Assembly: GCA_028534125.1 (NCBI GenBank)
Contig: CM052817.1
Coordinates: 90,956,001 to 91,020,000, forward strand
DNA length: 64,000 nucleotides
Direction: 5' to 3'
Source of the DNA: Lama glama
Taxonomy: Eukaryota
The translations under genes and the position numbers were made by a program. Positions 14,264-25,963 of this stretch are shown here, one piece after another. The notes below the pieces were generated by a model that made no database searches, was not told the DNA's origin, and saw only the letters and a list, made by a program, of their open reading frames with translations. Position 1 is the first letter of the stretch; each line of letters opens with the position of its first letter.

Positions 14264-14543
14264 AAAAAAATAAATGGAGAAAGGAAGTGCTCCATTTATT
14301 CAAAAACTCATAGTGTGCATGTCAGTACAGTAAGGACTTGTCACTGCATTTAGATGTTTTACATGAAATGATAGTCACTACAAACACTTTAGACACAAGG
14401 TCCAACTCCATTGTTCATTCTTTCAATGGATATTTATTGGTTGACTTCTCTGTGATCAATCAGACACAGTTTTAGGCAGACTGGTGAGCACAGTTCACCA
14501 GCTGGGAATCCCCAGCTCTCCCAAGTAGGAGATGAAGTCACTT

Positions 14544-15120
14544 TGAGAGAGGAGGGAAGAGGGCAGGGCACAGTCATTAAAAGAATGACACAGCAATTAG
14601 CACCAAGATGATGGAAGATCCAACCCCCAGTATACCTTAAGCTTCAATATATGCTCATTGAAATAAAACAGCATGCTAAATGACACTTTCACAGGTGCCA
14701 GGACGGTTTCAAGGCTGACAGTAAAAGGTCAAAAAGTGGGTGATGGCCCAATTCCTGGGAATCCCAGCCCCTTTCCCAAAGTAGTTAGACTAATTCTCTC
14801 ACTTGTTAGCATATGAAATTACCCAGCCCATAAAAACTAACAACCCCTGCACCTTATGGCCGATCTCATTTTCCTAGTAGACCCCAAGCTATGAGGCCAC
14901 TCACCATTCTGAATAAGATGGCCTGCCTTCTGCCATGGTCCGCCTTCTGCCTACAGAATATGTATCTCCCTGAATAAATCTACTTTACTCTACCATGGCT
15001 CACTCTTGAATACTTTCCTGCACAAAGCCAAGGATGCTCACTTGATGGGGCACATCCCAGGGACTCACCTGGGAGCTGGGACATGGCCATCCTCTTGCAC
15101 CCCCCAGTTTTCCTGTATCA
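14544..15120 (+). mobile_element. ERV1 solo LTR, MER41-like
   Basis: TG...CA termini; 4-bp TSD ACTT (14540-14543 and 15121-15124); AATAAA at 14973-14978; colinear MER41 motifs accaagatg, agcatgctaaa-gacac, ggtcaaaaag, gcccctttccc, cttgttagcatat, ccataaaaa, actttactctac. Confidence 0.85.
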
Positions 15121-15329
15121 ACTTGGCTAGTCACATCGGATCTCCTTGCCCTCTTCTCCATGACCCGCTGGAATTCAGGCCTTCATGACTGGAGCCAACT
15201 GCATAAGTCCCTCCATGTCTGTGCCCCCGCCTTACTTCTCTCCTGTCTGTACTTGGCCACAGTGCAGCCTTTAAGCATGGATCTGATGGTGGCACAGCTG
15301 ATGGAAGGAGAGTTACAGTCCCTGGGCAT

Positions 15330-15660
15330 GCCACGTGCTCCTCACTCATCTTTCCATCCCATCTTTCATCATATCAAAACTTGCTGTTCCTCCAACCTGC
15401 CAGGCTTTTGGACGCCTCTGTGATTTTCACATACCATTTCAGCTGCTCAGAATGCCATTTCCCCATTATCTTCCTGGAAATTTCCTAACTCAAGTCAGTC
15501 TACAAAGCCTTCTAGGGACCAGCAGGTGGAATTTAAACGCTCCCTCCTGTGTGGTCCTCTAGCAGCCCATGCACACCTCTGTTGCATCACTCACGATATT
15601 CCACCGCAAAGTTGGTTCACTCATGGTCTCTCCTACAATGATCATGCTGCAGGAAGGGGC
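15330..15660 (+). mobile_element. L2 fragment
   Basis: 'ccatttcagctgctcagaatgccatttcccc' followed by 'gctccctcctgtgtggtcctctagcagccc', typical of the L2 3' region. Confidence 0.5.
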
Positions 15661-15878
15661 CCTGTCATCTCAATTATGAAGCAAAACCAAACTCTCAAAG
15701 TTGCCTGTAACTATCTCTGCATTCTCAGTGGTGCAACTGATTTATCTTCGGAGGAAACTTGTCCTTTTATAATTGGGGAAAACACTGCGATGTACTTTCT
15801 AATTTGCAAGGCAAATGCCCAAAGCCGGATGTGAAAAGACAGATGAAGCTGGTAAGAAACCAAACAGTGTTAAAAAAA

Positions 15879-15909
15879 TATATATTTTATATATATATAT
15901 ATATATATC
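15879..15909. repeat. Interrupted (TA)n microsatellite
   Basis: tatatattttatatatatatatatatatat. Confidence 0.9.
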
Positions 15910-16548
15910 TCAAGCCCTGAAGGCATCTGGTAGACCCCTACAAAGACATGACCTGGCTGCTAAGAAAGTCTTCTCTAGAGAGGAGGCTGCAGCTAGGGAG
16001 AGGGAGCGCCTGGATGGGTGGGAGTTGACCCCAGCAGGAAGATGGCTGCTGGCCAGGATGATGGAAGATGCTTTTGGAGCAGTGACAGCCCACATCTCAC
16101 TCAGACTTTCTTTTTCTAGGTTGTAATTCTCTCACCATGACGTCTAAGAGATCACTGTGCCCTGTTTTCCTTTGCCCCCTCATAGCAGTCATGGGCAATG
16201 AAGGAAGAAAATGTGCTGATGCTCTGGAACAAACCAGAGCACAGCCAGCTGGAGTAGCAGGAGTCGGGGGAGAGAAGAGAGGGTGATGAGGGAGCCTTAG
16301 ACAGAGCAGCACCCAGAGAAGGTGACACAGGCGACACTAGGAGACGGAGGTGCATCCTCACACAGTCCTTAGAAAGGGCGACTGCATTCCTGCAGTTCAC
16401 AGAATGAAGACCTGGGTCACTTTATTTGGCTAACAAAATAAAGAGTGACCCTGGAAGGCTGAAAGCTTTTCATACACTTGAGTTACACTTACACTTTGAG
16501 CAGTTAACATGATTCTGGGCACACTCAACACGTGCAAAAAATATTTGA

Positions 16549-16719
16549 AGGAGGGAACATATAGCTCAGTGGTAAAGTGCGTGCTTAGCCTGCACGATGT
16601 CCTGGATTTGATCCCCAGGACCAGTAAATAAATAAACAAATAAATAAAAATAAACCTAATTGCTCCCCTCCCCAATTTTTTTAATTTAAAAAATAAAATT
16701 AAAAAAATTTTTAATTTGA
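16549..16719 (+). mobile_element. tRNA-Ala-derived SINE (Vic-1-like), inserted in an L2 3' end
   Basis: A-box tagctcagtgg, degenerate B-box, aaataa repeats, 'aaacctaattgctcccc' tail; TSD-like aaaaaatatttga / aaaaaatacttga. Confidence 0.85.
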
Positions 16720-16737
16720 AAAAAATACTTGATAAGT

Positions 16738-16773
16738 GGGTGGATGGATGGATAGATGAATGGATGGATGGAT
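16738..16773. repeat. (GGAT)n repeat at an L2 3' tail
   Basis: gggtggatggatggatagatgaatggatggatggat. Confidence 0.8.
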
Positions 16774-17141
16774 GTACAGATAAATAAATGAATCAAAGTT
16801 TTGCTTCAACACATTTCAAAGATTTGCTCTTCCTGACCAGGTCATCATGTTTCTCTTTCCTCTTGTTACTGTTTGCATAAGGCCAGAACAGGACCTCATA
16901 GTGACAAGGCCAGGGTAATGGCCTTGGTAAAAATGGGGGGAATGAACAGCTAGTTCGTACAAGACATCTAAGAGCTCCCCTGGGTTCCCACACGCTCTCT
17001 CACCCAAGCCTCCGGTGGCCTCACCTCCGCGGCTGGGCAGGTGAGGCAGTCATCCTTTCACAGGGCAGTATCCAATCTGCTCTTAGTTCTCACTTTCCTG
17101 GCCCTACAGAATGGTGCTGAAAGGCTGAAGGTCTAATTTCT

Positions 17142-17245
17142 CTTTTGGGGGGGGGTGCTAATTAGGTTTATTTATTATTTTTTTAGAGGAGGTACTAGGG
17201 ATTGAACCCAGGATGCACTCTACTCCTTGAGCTATACCCTCCCCA
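17142..17245 (-). mobile_element. tRNA-Ala-derived SINE (Vic-1-like) with internal deletion
   Basis: Antisense head 'ggtactagggattgaacccagg...tgagctataccctcccc'; perfect 17-bp TSD ctgaaggtctaatttct (17125-17141, 17246-17262). Confidence 0.9.
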
Positions 17246-18403
17246 CTGAAGGTCTAATTTCTTCAAGCCATTGGGCCAGAGAAACAGAAAGCAGCACTGA
17301 GGAGAGGGTCCTGGGCTCTCACAGGGCCAGGAAACGCCATGTGTTCTGGGTGGCTCCAGAGAGGCAGAGCTGCGCCGGAAAACTTCCAGGCCACAGGTTT
17401 CCAGGAGCCTGAGGTCAGTGACTCAGCACTGGGGAGGAACTCTCTGGAAGTCACTGCATTTTGTCCTCTGAAGCCTCAAATTCTGCCTTCTCCAAAGTGG
17501 CCAGGAAGGCCGAGGTGCAGGAAATCACGGCCTGCCCAGGACGCCCCAGTGCGCTGAGCACTCAGGATGGTAGTGACCTGGCTGCAGCGTCTGGGCCAGG
17601 CTCAGCCAAGGCCCATGCATGCCCACTGGCAGGAGGTGCCTGGGACCAGGCCTGCAGGCCTGTGACAGGAGGCCAGCATCCGAGCTCTCCCATCAACGGG
17701 ACTTCTCAACTCGGCTGTTTACTATTTAAGTGCTTCTGCCAAAGAATGTGAGAAGCAGAAAAGGTCAGCATTGTGAGCTGCCCGTACTGCTCATGGCTCC
17801 AAGTCTTGACAAGAAATAGGAAAATGACAGAATTAATGATGAAACAGGAGACAGAACAAAGGGGAGAGGCCAACAAGCCAGGCTTGACAGTATGTTCAGA
17901 TGGTACACTCAATGCCTCTCCACACAGAGGGGCCAGGTGAGTGTCCAACACAGAAAAGGCCCTTAGGTAAATGCAACCAAATACTTTAACCTCTGGGGAC
18001 AATCATGTTAAAACACAGGTGAATGTTATTAGCAAAAGGTTGGCTGTTGGTTAAGAGAGTCTATATTTGGAATTTGTTTCTATTGTTCCTGCAAGCACTC
18101 TTTTCTGGGAACACAAAGCTGAGAAACTTCACATACTTAGAACTGTTTATCAGTAGATTTCCAAGATATAAACCTGAAAATAGAAGTCTTATGTTTGGAT
18201 TTTCCTAGGTATTAAAAAAAATTTAAAAAAAAAAAAACTCGAAGATAAGAGACTGGCATGTATTTGAGGCCATAAGTGAAGTCTCGAGTGGAAAAGAAAG
18301 CTAATGTGTCCATGACAAATGTAAATTCATCCAAAATCCAAGGTGGTTAATGAGGTCTTAAGTATTATAGAGACAGGAGGGAAGGAAGAGAGAGAGGGGG
18401 AAA

Positions 18404-18595
18404 GCATAGGTTTTAGAAAACTCCAGACCCAGGATTGAGTCCTCAACTCCCCCCATGTTTTGCAGCAACCATCAGCACATTGTTGATCCTCTCCAAGCCC
18501 CAAATCCCTCTGTAATCATGGCGATCATGACATCTAGGGAGGTTAACAGTTTAAATCTTGCATGCAGCGGGCACTCAGGAAATATGAGTTTCCTT
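18404..18595 (+). mobile_element. MIR SINE
   Basis: 'gcataggtttta...cagacccaggattgagtcctcaactcc' and 3' 'ggcactcaggaaatatgagtt'. Confidence 0.6.
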
Positions 18596-20822
18596 TCTTC
18601 TCCAGAGTGGCTGTGGGTAAGTCCTGCTGGATTCTCTCTATAAGGTCCTGAACTTCAATATGTAGAGGCAGAGCAGCCACAAGCAAGGAAACAGAAGTGA
18701 ACTAATGGGTGAAAATGAGGCACGAGGAAAACAATCCTCAGAAATGGAAAACAGTTCTCGGTCACTAGAAAAATGTAATGAATATTTAGTTCCATTCGCT
18801 CATAGCGAGCAGAGCAAAGGCCCACAAAGGCACTGAGCGCTTACTAAGGAGGCCCTTGCCAACACCACCGAACTGTGCCAGGAGGCAGCACTTGCTCAGC
18901 GGTCACTCTGCTCAGACGCTGCTGACCAACAAGCCATCTGCCTTTCAGCGTAGAAACTAAAGCAGAGACGTCATAATAATAACCAACATGCTCATGAGAT
19001 CAGTAAAGGGCTAGACTCAAAACACTTGCTTGGTCATCCAACTTCAGTTGAGGACAGGGGTTCCCAATATTTAAAAATATAAGTCTCTTTTGCCAAGTCA
19101 AGACTGTCACCCAACTCCCCATATGATACAAGCTGCCCTTTTAGTAACTATCAGCTAAGGAAATCTATACTCATGGAAAACAACTATGAATCTCCATACT
19201 TAACCCCAAAGCATGCACATCTATTGAAAAATAATCATGACATTTTTGCATAAAATAGTATTTATCCCACCAGCAGAGGACACTGAGCACAAATACAGCT
19301 TTCTGGACCCACTGCAATGGCGTCACGGACAAACTCCCTCCTCCTGGAGGTGCTGAGCCCACAAACGAAGAGCTACCCTCTAGAGCACTGAGCCTCTGGC
19401 TTCTCTCATATGAGTCTCCCTCAAAATAGCTGAGGATGAATAATGATTTGGTCAGTTTCAAAGCAAAGGTTTAACAATAGGAAAAAGAAGAGAACATTCA
19501 AATACTGAGAGTACATTTATCCCTGATGTTATCAATGAATCAAAGAATTTTTTGTAAGATCAATGTTAGGATTATCCTCTTTTTTAAAGAAGAGATAAAA
19601 CATTCCAATATCTGTAGTCTGAAGCACCAGAATGAAGGGGGAAAAAAAAACTGTTTTCACAAGGAATTGTTAACACAATGACATAGCTATGTCTCAGGAT
19701 CTCTTGACAAAGAATGCTAATTAATTCTTATTTGTAATTATATCTGTTACAAAGGATACTGTTGGGTGAAATTAAAACTTGCAGTAACAGGCAACAACTC
19801 ATAAACTAGCCTCATTGGAAAGTCCTTAAAATCCAGTTGTTAAAACAGAAGGAAAAATCCCAGACATTCATGCAATTATTCAGCGAGATTGGCTAAGGGT
19901 CTTGGGGAAAACCAAAAACAGCTGATTTCCCTTAACTGCCTGAATCTCTTGAAAATGACAAAAAATAATCCCCAACAATATCTACCTCCAGTCATCACAG
20001 GATTGAACACCCCTTCCATAAAAATGAGAAAAAATGCCACTTTCATGAGACCATTCCCAACAATCATGTTCATGGCTTCAATGCATGTGGTGCATTATAC
20101 CATGTCTCTGCTTAAAGTAAGAGATGCATCCATCCCGTCCTGTCAGAATAGACTTGAGCATCCGCCTTCCACGTTTGGCTACGGTCTCTGTCAACAAATA
20201 CGGCAGCGGAGAAAGAAGGCCCAGCAAAACTATTCATCAGGGGCCTGTTTACATTTGTACTGTCAATTCTAACAGGTTTTTTATGGAGTTAAATTCTTCT
20301 GCCCTCATTAGAATCATGATTGCCTGTCAGTGAGTCTGACAGGTCTGAATTCCCATGAGACTGTCAGACACTATTGCCCAGCAGGGACTGAGGACAAGGC
20401 GCACTTGAAAATTCTACACGTCAGTCCTTGAAATCACAGGATAAATGCCTCTCTGCCATTAAGTAACTGTGATTCACAACAAGGCAACCTGGAGAACTCT
20501 TCGGGTTCTTCCCATCTCAGGCACACACCACTCGGAGCGTCCTGCCCTAAGCAGGCTGAGCTGTCGCCCCCCAACCTTGGCTTGTAGATGGAACACCTGC
20601 TGGCTTCTCATGTCATCTTGGAACAACAACAGCAACAACAAGCCAGAGTGCCTGAAGGCTACCGAGGCTTACAAACACCAAGACACCTCCCCTGGGGTCA
20701 AGTTTGAAGTAAGGCGTATATCTGAAGACACGGTAGCAGGTATAGGGAAAACATCAGGGAGGGCAGACAGTTCTCTGCTAGACAAGAGGAGGGAAGCCCC
20801 ACTGGGCGGTCAGGTTTATGGG

Positions 20823-20995
20823 ACACGTATTCTGCCAAGCACTTTTTATACCCTATCTCATTTCAGAAATCAGTGGGAATAATGATTACATCCATTTTAT
20901 CAACAGAGGGAACTGAGGCTGAGAGAGTCATCTTCCCACAGTCACAGAGGAAGTAAGTGGCCGAGTGGGCTGAGAGTCTGTCTGTCTGACTCGAA
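20823..20995 (-). mobile_element. MIR SINE
   Basis: Core 'ccattttat...gagggaactgaggctgagagag...cccacagtcacagaggaagtaagtgg'. Confidence 0.75.
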
Positions 20996-21469
20996 TATCA
21001 CAAGTCCCCTCCCTCAGTTGCCCTGGGCAGATGCTGGCCCTCTGGACATACGGAACATGGTAGGAGCTGACAAGGAGGCCTGGGGGACTCAGAAAGTGCC
21101 CCCACTAAGAGGAGGGATGAAACCCCAAGCCAGATGCCAAAATAATCTATGAGCACATAGATTTGGAATTTGGCCTTCTTTCAGTAATTGAGTGGAAAGA
21201 AAAAGAGAACTTTATTAGACCAGGAACTATGGTGGGAGAAAAAGAAACCATGCTCTAGTACCTTTATCCTAAACTTCCAATCATGTGTACAGAAGTCATT
21301 CCACGAAACTCTCTTTTTTGGGAATTTTTAACTAGCATCAAATTAGATTGCTTCATCCTCTAAGCTCAAAAATGTTTACATTTTATGGCTCTACCCCATT
21401 TCTCAAAATTCCCCAGCCTGGGTTTCTCTTACAGATGCTGTTTGGCCCTTGAGAACCCAAACCTTTGAG

Positions 21470-21541
21470 GGCTGGGTTCCAGGCAACTACATTCTTAATA
21501 AGCCCCCAGGAGGTTCCAGAGCCCACGGAAGTGAGAGTCCC
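21470..21541. mobile_element. MER5-type hAT-Charlie fragment
   Basis: 'ccaggcaactacattcttaataagcccccaggaggttc'. Confidence 0.5.
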
Positions 21542-23247
21542 AAGATAAAAGGCAGGTTAACATTTTGTGGTTAGATCTCAATCAGTCCTGGTGTCTTCAT
21601 TTGTGGAGAAAATGGGGACGGACTATGTTTGGACAGGAGGCTCAGGGAAGTGGGCTGGCCGTAGGGAAACCCACCTTCACATCACCGTCCAAATTCTTCT
21701 CCAAGAGATTTGAAATCAACTATATGGGAAAAACTGAGAAAAAAAATCTCCAATTAAAAGCAAATGTAACCTAGAAAGAGCAGAGTACAAGGATATATGG
21801 GTGGAATTTGTTCGATTGCTTGCTTGTTTATTCACACCCATTACCTAGACTGGGAGGCAGTTTTGCCTGGTGACTGGCTACCGTCTTGCTGTGTGTTGAA
21901 ATGACTTGATATTCAGCCACATACCTTTAATGATACAAAGCAAAAAAAGAAAAAAACATGCAGAAAATGTCTCTTTTCCTTCCTCTCCCTCCTTCTTCTC
22001 CCCTATGAGATCTCCTTCTTTCTCATTCTTCATTGTCTGCACCCCAACTTTCCTGGGCCACCTCTCTGCACATGGCCTGCAGCTGCTTCCTTCTGTTTTT
22101 ATTTTTTTCTTTCCATTCAGACCTCAGGACGCCTTCTGTTCTAACATCACTCCTTTCCCTGCCACTCACAGGCTCACGGTTTGGTACCCAAGCTGTTTTC
22201 TGTTCACTGGCAACTAGCCTCTGATTCCATTCTGCCACAGGATTTAGCTCTAAGTCAGGCAGTAAATGGGCTCTTTACAAATCTTGCTTAATTTAAAGAA
22301 CCCTCTCCATGAGCAGCATTTCTGGGGACATTTTTCACAGTGTTAGCAGCTAGGCTGTACACACTTGCTTGTACAACAGCAGATTGGCTGCTGTTCCTGT
22401 CACTCTGAGAGACCAACATAAAGGTTCAAATTAACTAGCAAGTGTAAACCACAGGAACTGAGAGAAGAGTTTCACAGACTTTTTTTCTTTTCTCTACTTG
22501 TATAATTTTAGCACCTAGAACATGAAGTACACAAGCCCGAGTGTCACCGTGGTGGAGGCAGCAGGAGAGTCATGAGTTGACCAGCTCGGGTGCAGTTGGA
22601 TGCCAGAGGATGGGGAAGACTGGAAGTCATTAACTCTGATCGAGGGAGCTGCAGTTCCTGAGTCACTGTCTTCCATTTTTACCTACGTGATATGTGACCT
22701 CCCTTTCTTATCTAGTCAAGTTCAGACTATAGACATTTGGACCCTAAGGCCATTTTTTTAAGGGCTTATCTTAACAAACTGTCAACTGGTCTCATATATG
22801 CATTAAATCTCTGACCAACTTTGAAAATCTACACTGAACGAGCACTTGACTGCCAGGCCATATTGCCAAGGAGGAGGTATCGCCATGGCAGAAGTCCATT
22901 GAGATGCAATCCCTAAGTGTCTGGAGACAACATGCCCGTCTAACTCATTTTGTTTTGGGAGAATGCACTTTCCATGGTGATTAAGATCTTTCACCCCACC
23001 AGGAAACAAGAAATAACGGTAGAATGTGTCCAACTCCGTTCTCTATCCCTTCTCGGATGCTGATGACATGGCCAAGTCACATGCACCAGAGGGGTGTAGT
23101 GACAAACAAGAGGGCAGAAACAGAGGAACTGGGGTGCAAACCAGCCCTTCTGTATGATAGTGCCACAGTCAAGCTCTATTATGACAACAAAAAGCATTCA
23201 TGAAAGGACACATCATCCCTGGGCATCATGGGTGCAGCTGGATCTCT

Positions 23248-23447
23248 CAATGTCCAATACAGTAGCCACTAGCCATAGGTAACTCTTTAACTTTAAATTA
23301 ATTTAAATTAAAGATGTACTAATTTCATGGAACCAGCCACACTCCAAATGCTAACAGCCACACTGGGCCAGTGCCTGCCATATTGGCCAGGGCTGGTACA
23401 GAATGTCTTTATCAACACAGCAAATCCCCGTTGGTCTACTATGTTCT
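23248..23447. mobile_element. MER3/MER33-type hAT-Charlie DNA transposon
   Basis: 'tgtccaatacagtagccactagccat...tttaaattaatttaaattaaa...agccacactccaaatgct'. Confidence 0.75.
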
Positions 23448-24331
23448 GATCCAATGGCGTGCTCTGACCTGTAGCTCAGAGCGTAATCATTCTCAAGCCA
23501 GAATAAAGCCTTACAAACTTATGTGTGCCAGGGAAAAAGCATTCAGTACACAAGGGGGGGAGCAGCCCAACAGGGGCAGGAGAGATACTACTGCCCGGCA
23601 GCAAGTCTCCAACAGAAGCACTGAGAATTCGCTGCAGACACAGCCTGGGAGGAGGCAGAGACGGGAGCATCTCCTTCCCAAATCGATTGCTCCTTTTCCT
23701 CTGCCCGAGGGTCCAACTGGGAGCAGAGAGTTGAGAAGCAATTCCTCATAAATTAAGTTGGAAGGGAGGGCTATCCCAGTACTCAAGGCCTCGGAAGCCA
23801 ATAGTGCCAACGTGATTAAATAATTGAACTGTCTCACCTTGCCCAGTCAAGTTAGATTCCAACGAGGGTAATTAATCTTCATAGTGCCTGTTATTCCCTG
23901 CCCTGCGCATACTTGTGCTCCTGTTCAAAGTCAAGTTTCCCAACCTGCCTGTTTCTTGCACAATAAGAAAAAGGAGGAGGAAGCAAAAATAGAAAGGCTT
24001 CCTTATAGAAGAGCATCAATAGAAAGTTACCTTCAAACTTAGCCTCTATGAGCCCCCTCCCAAAGATGGTGGCATTCACACTGTAACTGTGTGCAACTTT
24101 ACAAGCAAATTTCAGAGAAACAGAGTTATTCTTGGAGGATGAGTCTTAGAATTTTCCTTCAAGAAGCTCTCAGCTCTCGTAATTCGATGAGCTGAGAAAC
24201 AAAACAAAGACTGAGACAAGGAAGGAAACAAAGGCAGGTAGGTACCCACCCTGGCCTCAGCCCCAGAGAGAATCATTGGTCAAAAGCAAAACCGGGAGGT
24301 GGGGAGGGACCATCACAGCACACGTGTTTAA

Positions 24332-24450
24332 ATTCATTCATTCACTCAACAAATTTATTGAGTGCCTTTCACATGCAGCACATTCTAAGAACTTGGGATA
24401 CATCGTGAACAAGCAGACACAGTCCATGTACTGGTGGAACTTACATTTCC
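24332..24450 (-). mobile_element. L2 3' end
   Basis: 'attcattcattcactcaacaaatttattgagtgcc...ctggtggaacttacattt'. Confidence 0.8.
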
Positions 24451-25110
24451 TCAGGCCAACAGTTGGATTCATTTTTCATTCACCCACACTTTATCCAGTA
24501 GTCACATGAAATTTAAAAGATGCAAAATGTGAGCATCTATTCATTTTGTTGACTCTTATAAAAGTGTGTTTGTGTGGGTGGGTAAAAGTAACTGTGATCC
24601 CCAAGAACTTGCCAGAATTGTGCAAATTGTGAGCCTAATTTCATACCAATAAGGAGAAGGGAAGGAGTTTTCCAGTCAGCTCGCTACACATCTACCAGTC
24701 CCACAAAATGACCAGCAATGCCAAGATACAGCCAGCCTCCAGGTCTGTCTCTTCCTGGAGGGAAGGAGGTAGGGGAGTAGGTGCTTGGCAGCAAGACATG
24801 GACAGTGAGATACGATGGGAGAGCCAAACAAAAAGGGAAAAAGGAAAAATAATCTCACTGCATTATCTACCACCCTTAAGTGTGTATTAATGGACCAATA
24901 AAGTATGCCCCAGAGAGTCTTAAAACTACAATATTAAACTCTGTACACCAAGAAAAGCAAAGATGGTACGTTATAACAAAGAGAGTTTGGGTTCTGTATT
25001 GTTGGTTTTCTGGTTCTTGCTAATGTTCTGGTTTTTAGCTTTGCTCAGTTGGATATATTTTCTTTTAAAGGGCTGCATGCCACAGAGACCTTTTTCCAAC
25101 CGAAGTGCAA

Positions 25111-25126
25111 TGCTGCCCCCTGGTGA
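25111..25126 (-). promoter_or_regulatory. CTCF core motif
   Basis: Minus strand reads TCACCAGGGGGCAGCA, a close match to the CCACCAGGGGGCGC core; not in a recognisable repeat. Confidence 0.6.
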
Positions 25127-25785
25127 TAGAACAACGTAAGAGCACCTGTCGAAACAGCTGCTCTCCAAGGCAAATATCCCTTCAGTTCTGCCTAGATTTC
25201 ATTTTGCTATCTTATTATCCTCCAAAGTGCAAATATTTCACCCTTAAAGATTCTCTGCACAGAGATGTTGTCTGGATTAGCCTAGTTCACACCAGTAATC
25301 AACACAGCATTTTTTTTATAAAAGAGGAATTGTGTGCTGATTTCAAAACAAGCAGTGGTGGGGAGTGTATTTCACCCCCTTTCTGCTTATAAATTAAGTG
25401 ATCTCCCCAGAGAAAGCTCAGAAATCAGGCCTATTTCATATAACCTTTAGAATCCTGATTGGAATTCTCCATGGAAAGACATTTACTGAGAACTCAAGCT
25501 CAAGGAAATCAATGCCTGGGTCTGACAGACATTCAACTCCCAGACAAATGTATTTGATTTCAGATCATCCTTCAATCTTTGTACCGGGAATAAACCTGAG
25601 ACTGAAAGCTCCGAAAATAACAATGCGGGTGATACACTGCACTATCAGAGACAGCGTTCCTGAACTGCATGAAAACACAACTGCTATCTTAGAGAAAATT
25701 ATATTATATGACAACATGTGAGGCGGAGTGAGTAGAGAATTCGTCCGGCCATGATTAGCCAAGGTCAAGTATTATATAACCCCCT

Positions 25786-25963
25786 TCTCTTCAAACCATG
25801 ACTCAACCACCTGCATCAGAGTAACCTGGGGGATTGTTATAAATGAAAATTTGGGGGCCCAATTAAAATCTATTAAATCTGAAACTCTGGGTATAGGATC
25901 TACAAGTCTGCATTTTACCAAGCTTCTTGGTAAGAGGTACACACTAAACTTTGAGAACCACTG
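25786..25963. mobile_element. MER5-type hAT-Charlie element
   Basis: 'ctgcatcagagtaacctgggg...tctgcattttaccaagc...tttgagaaccactg'. Confidence 0.75.
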
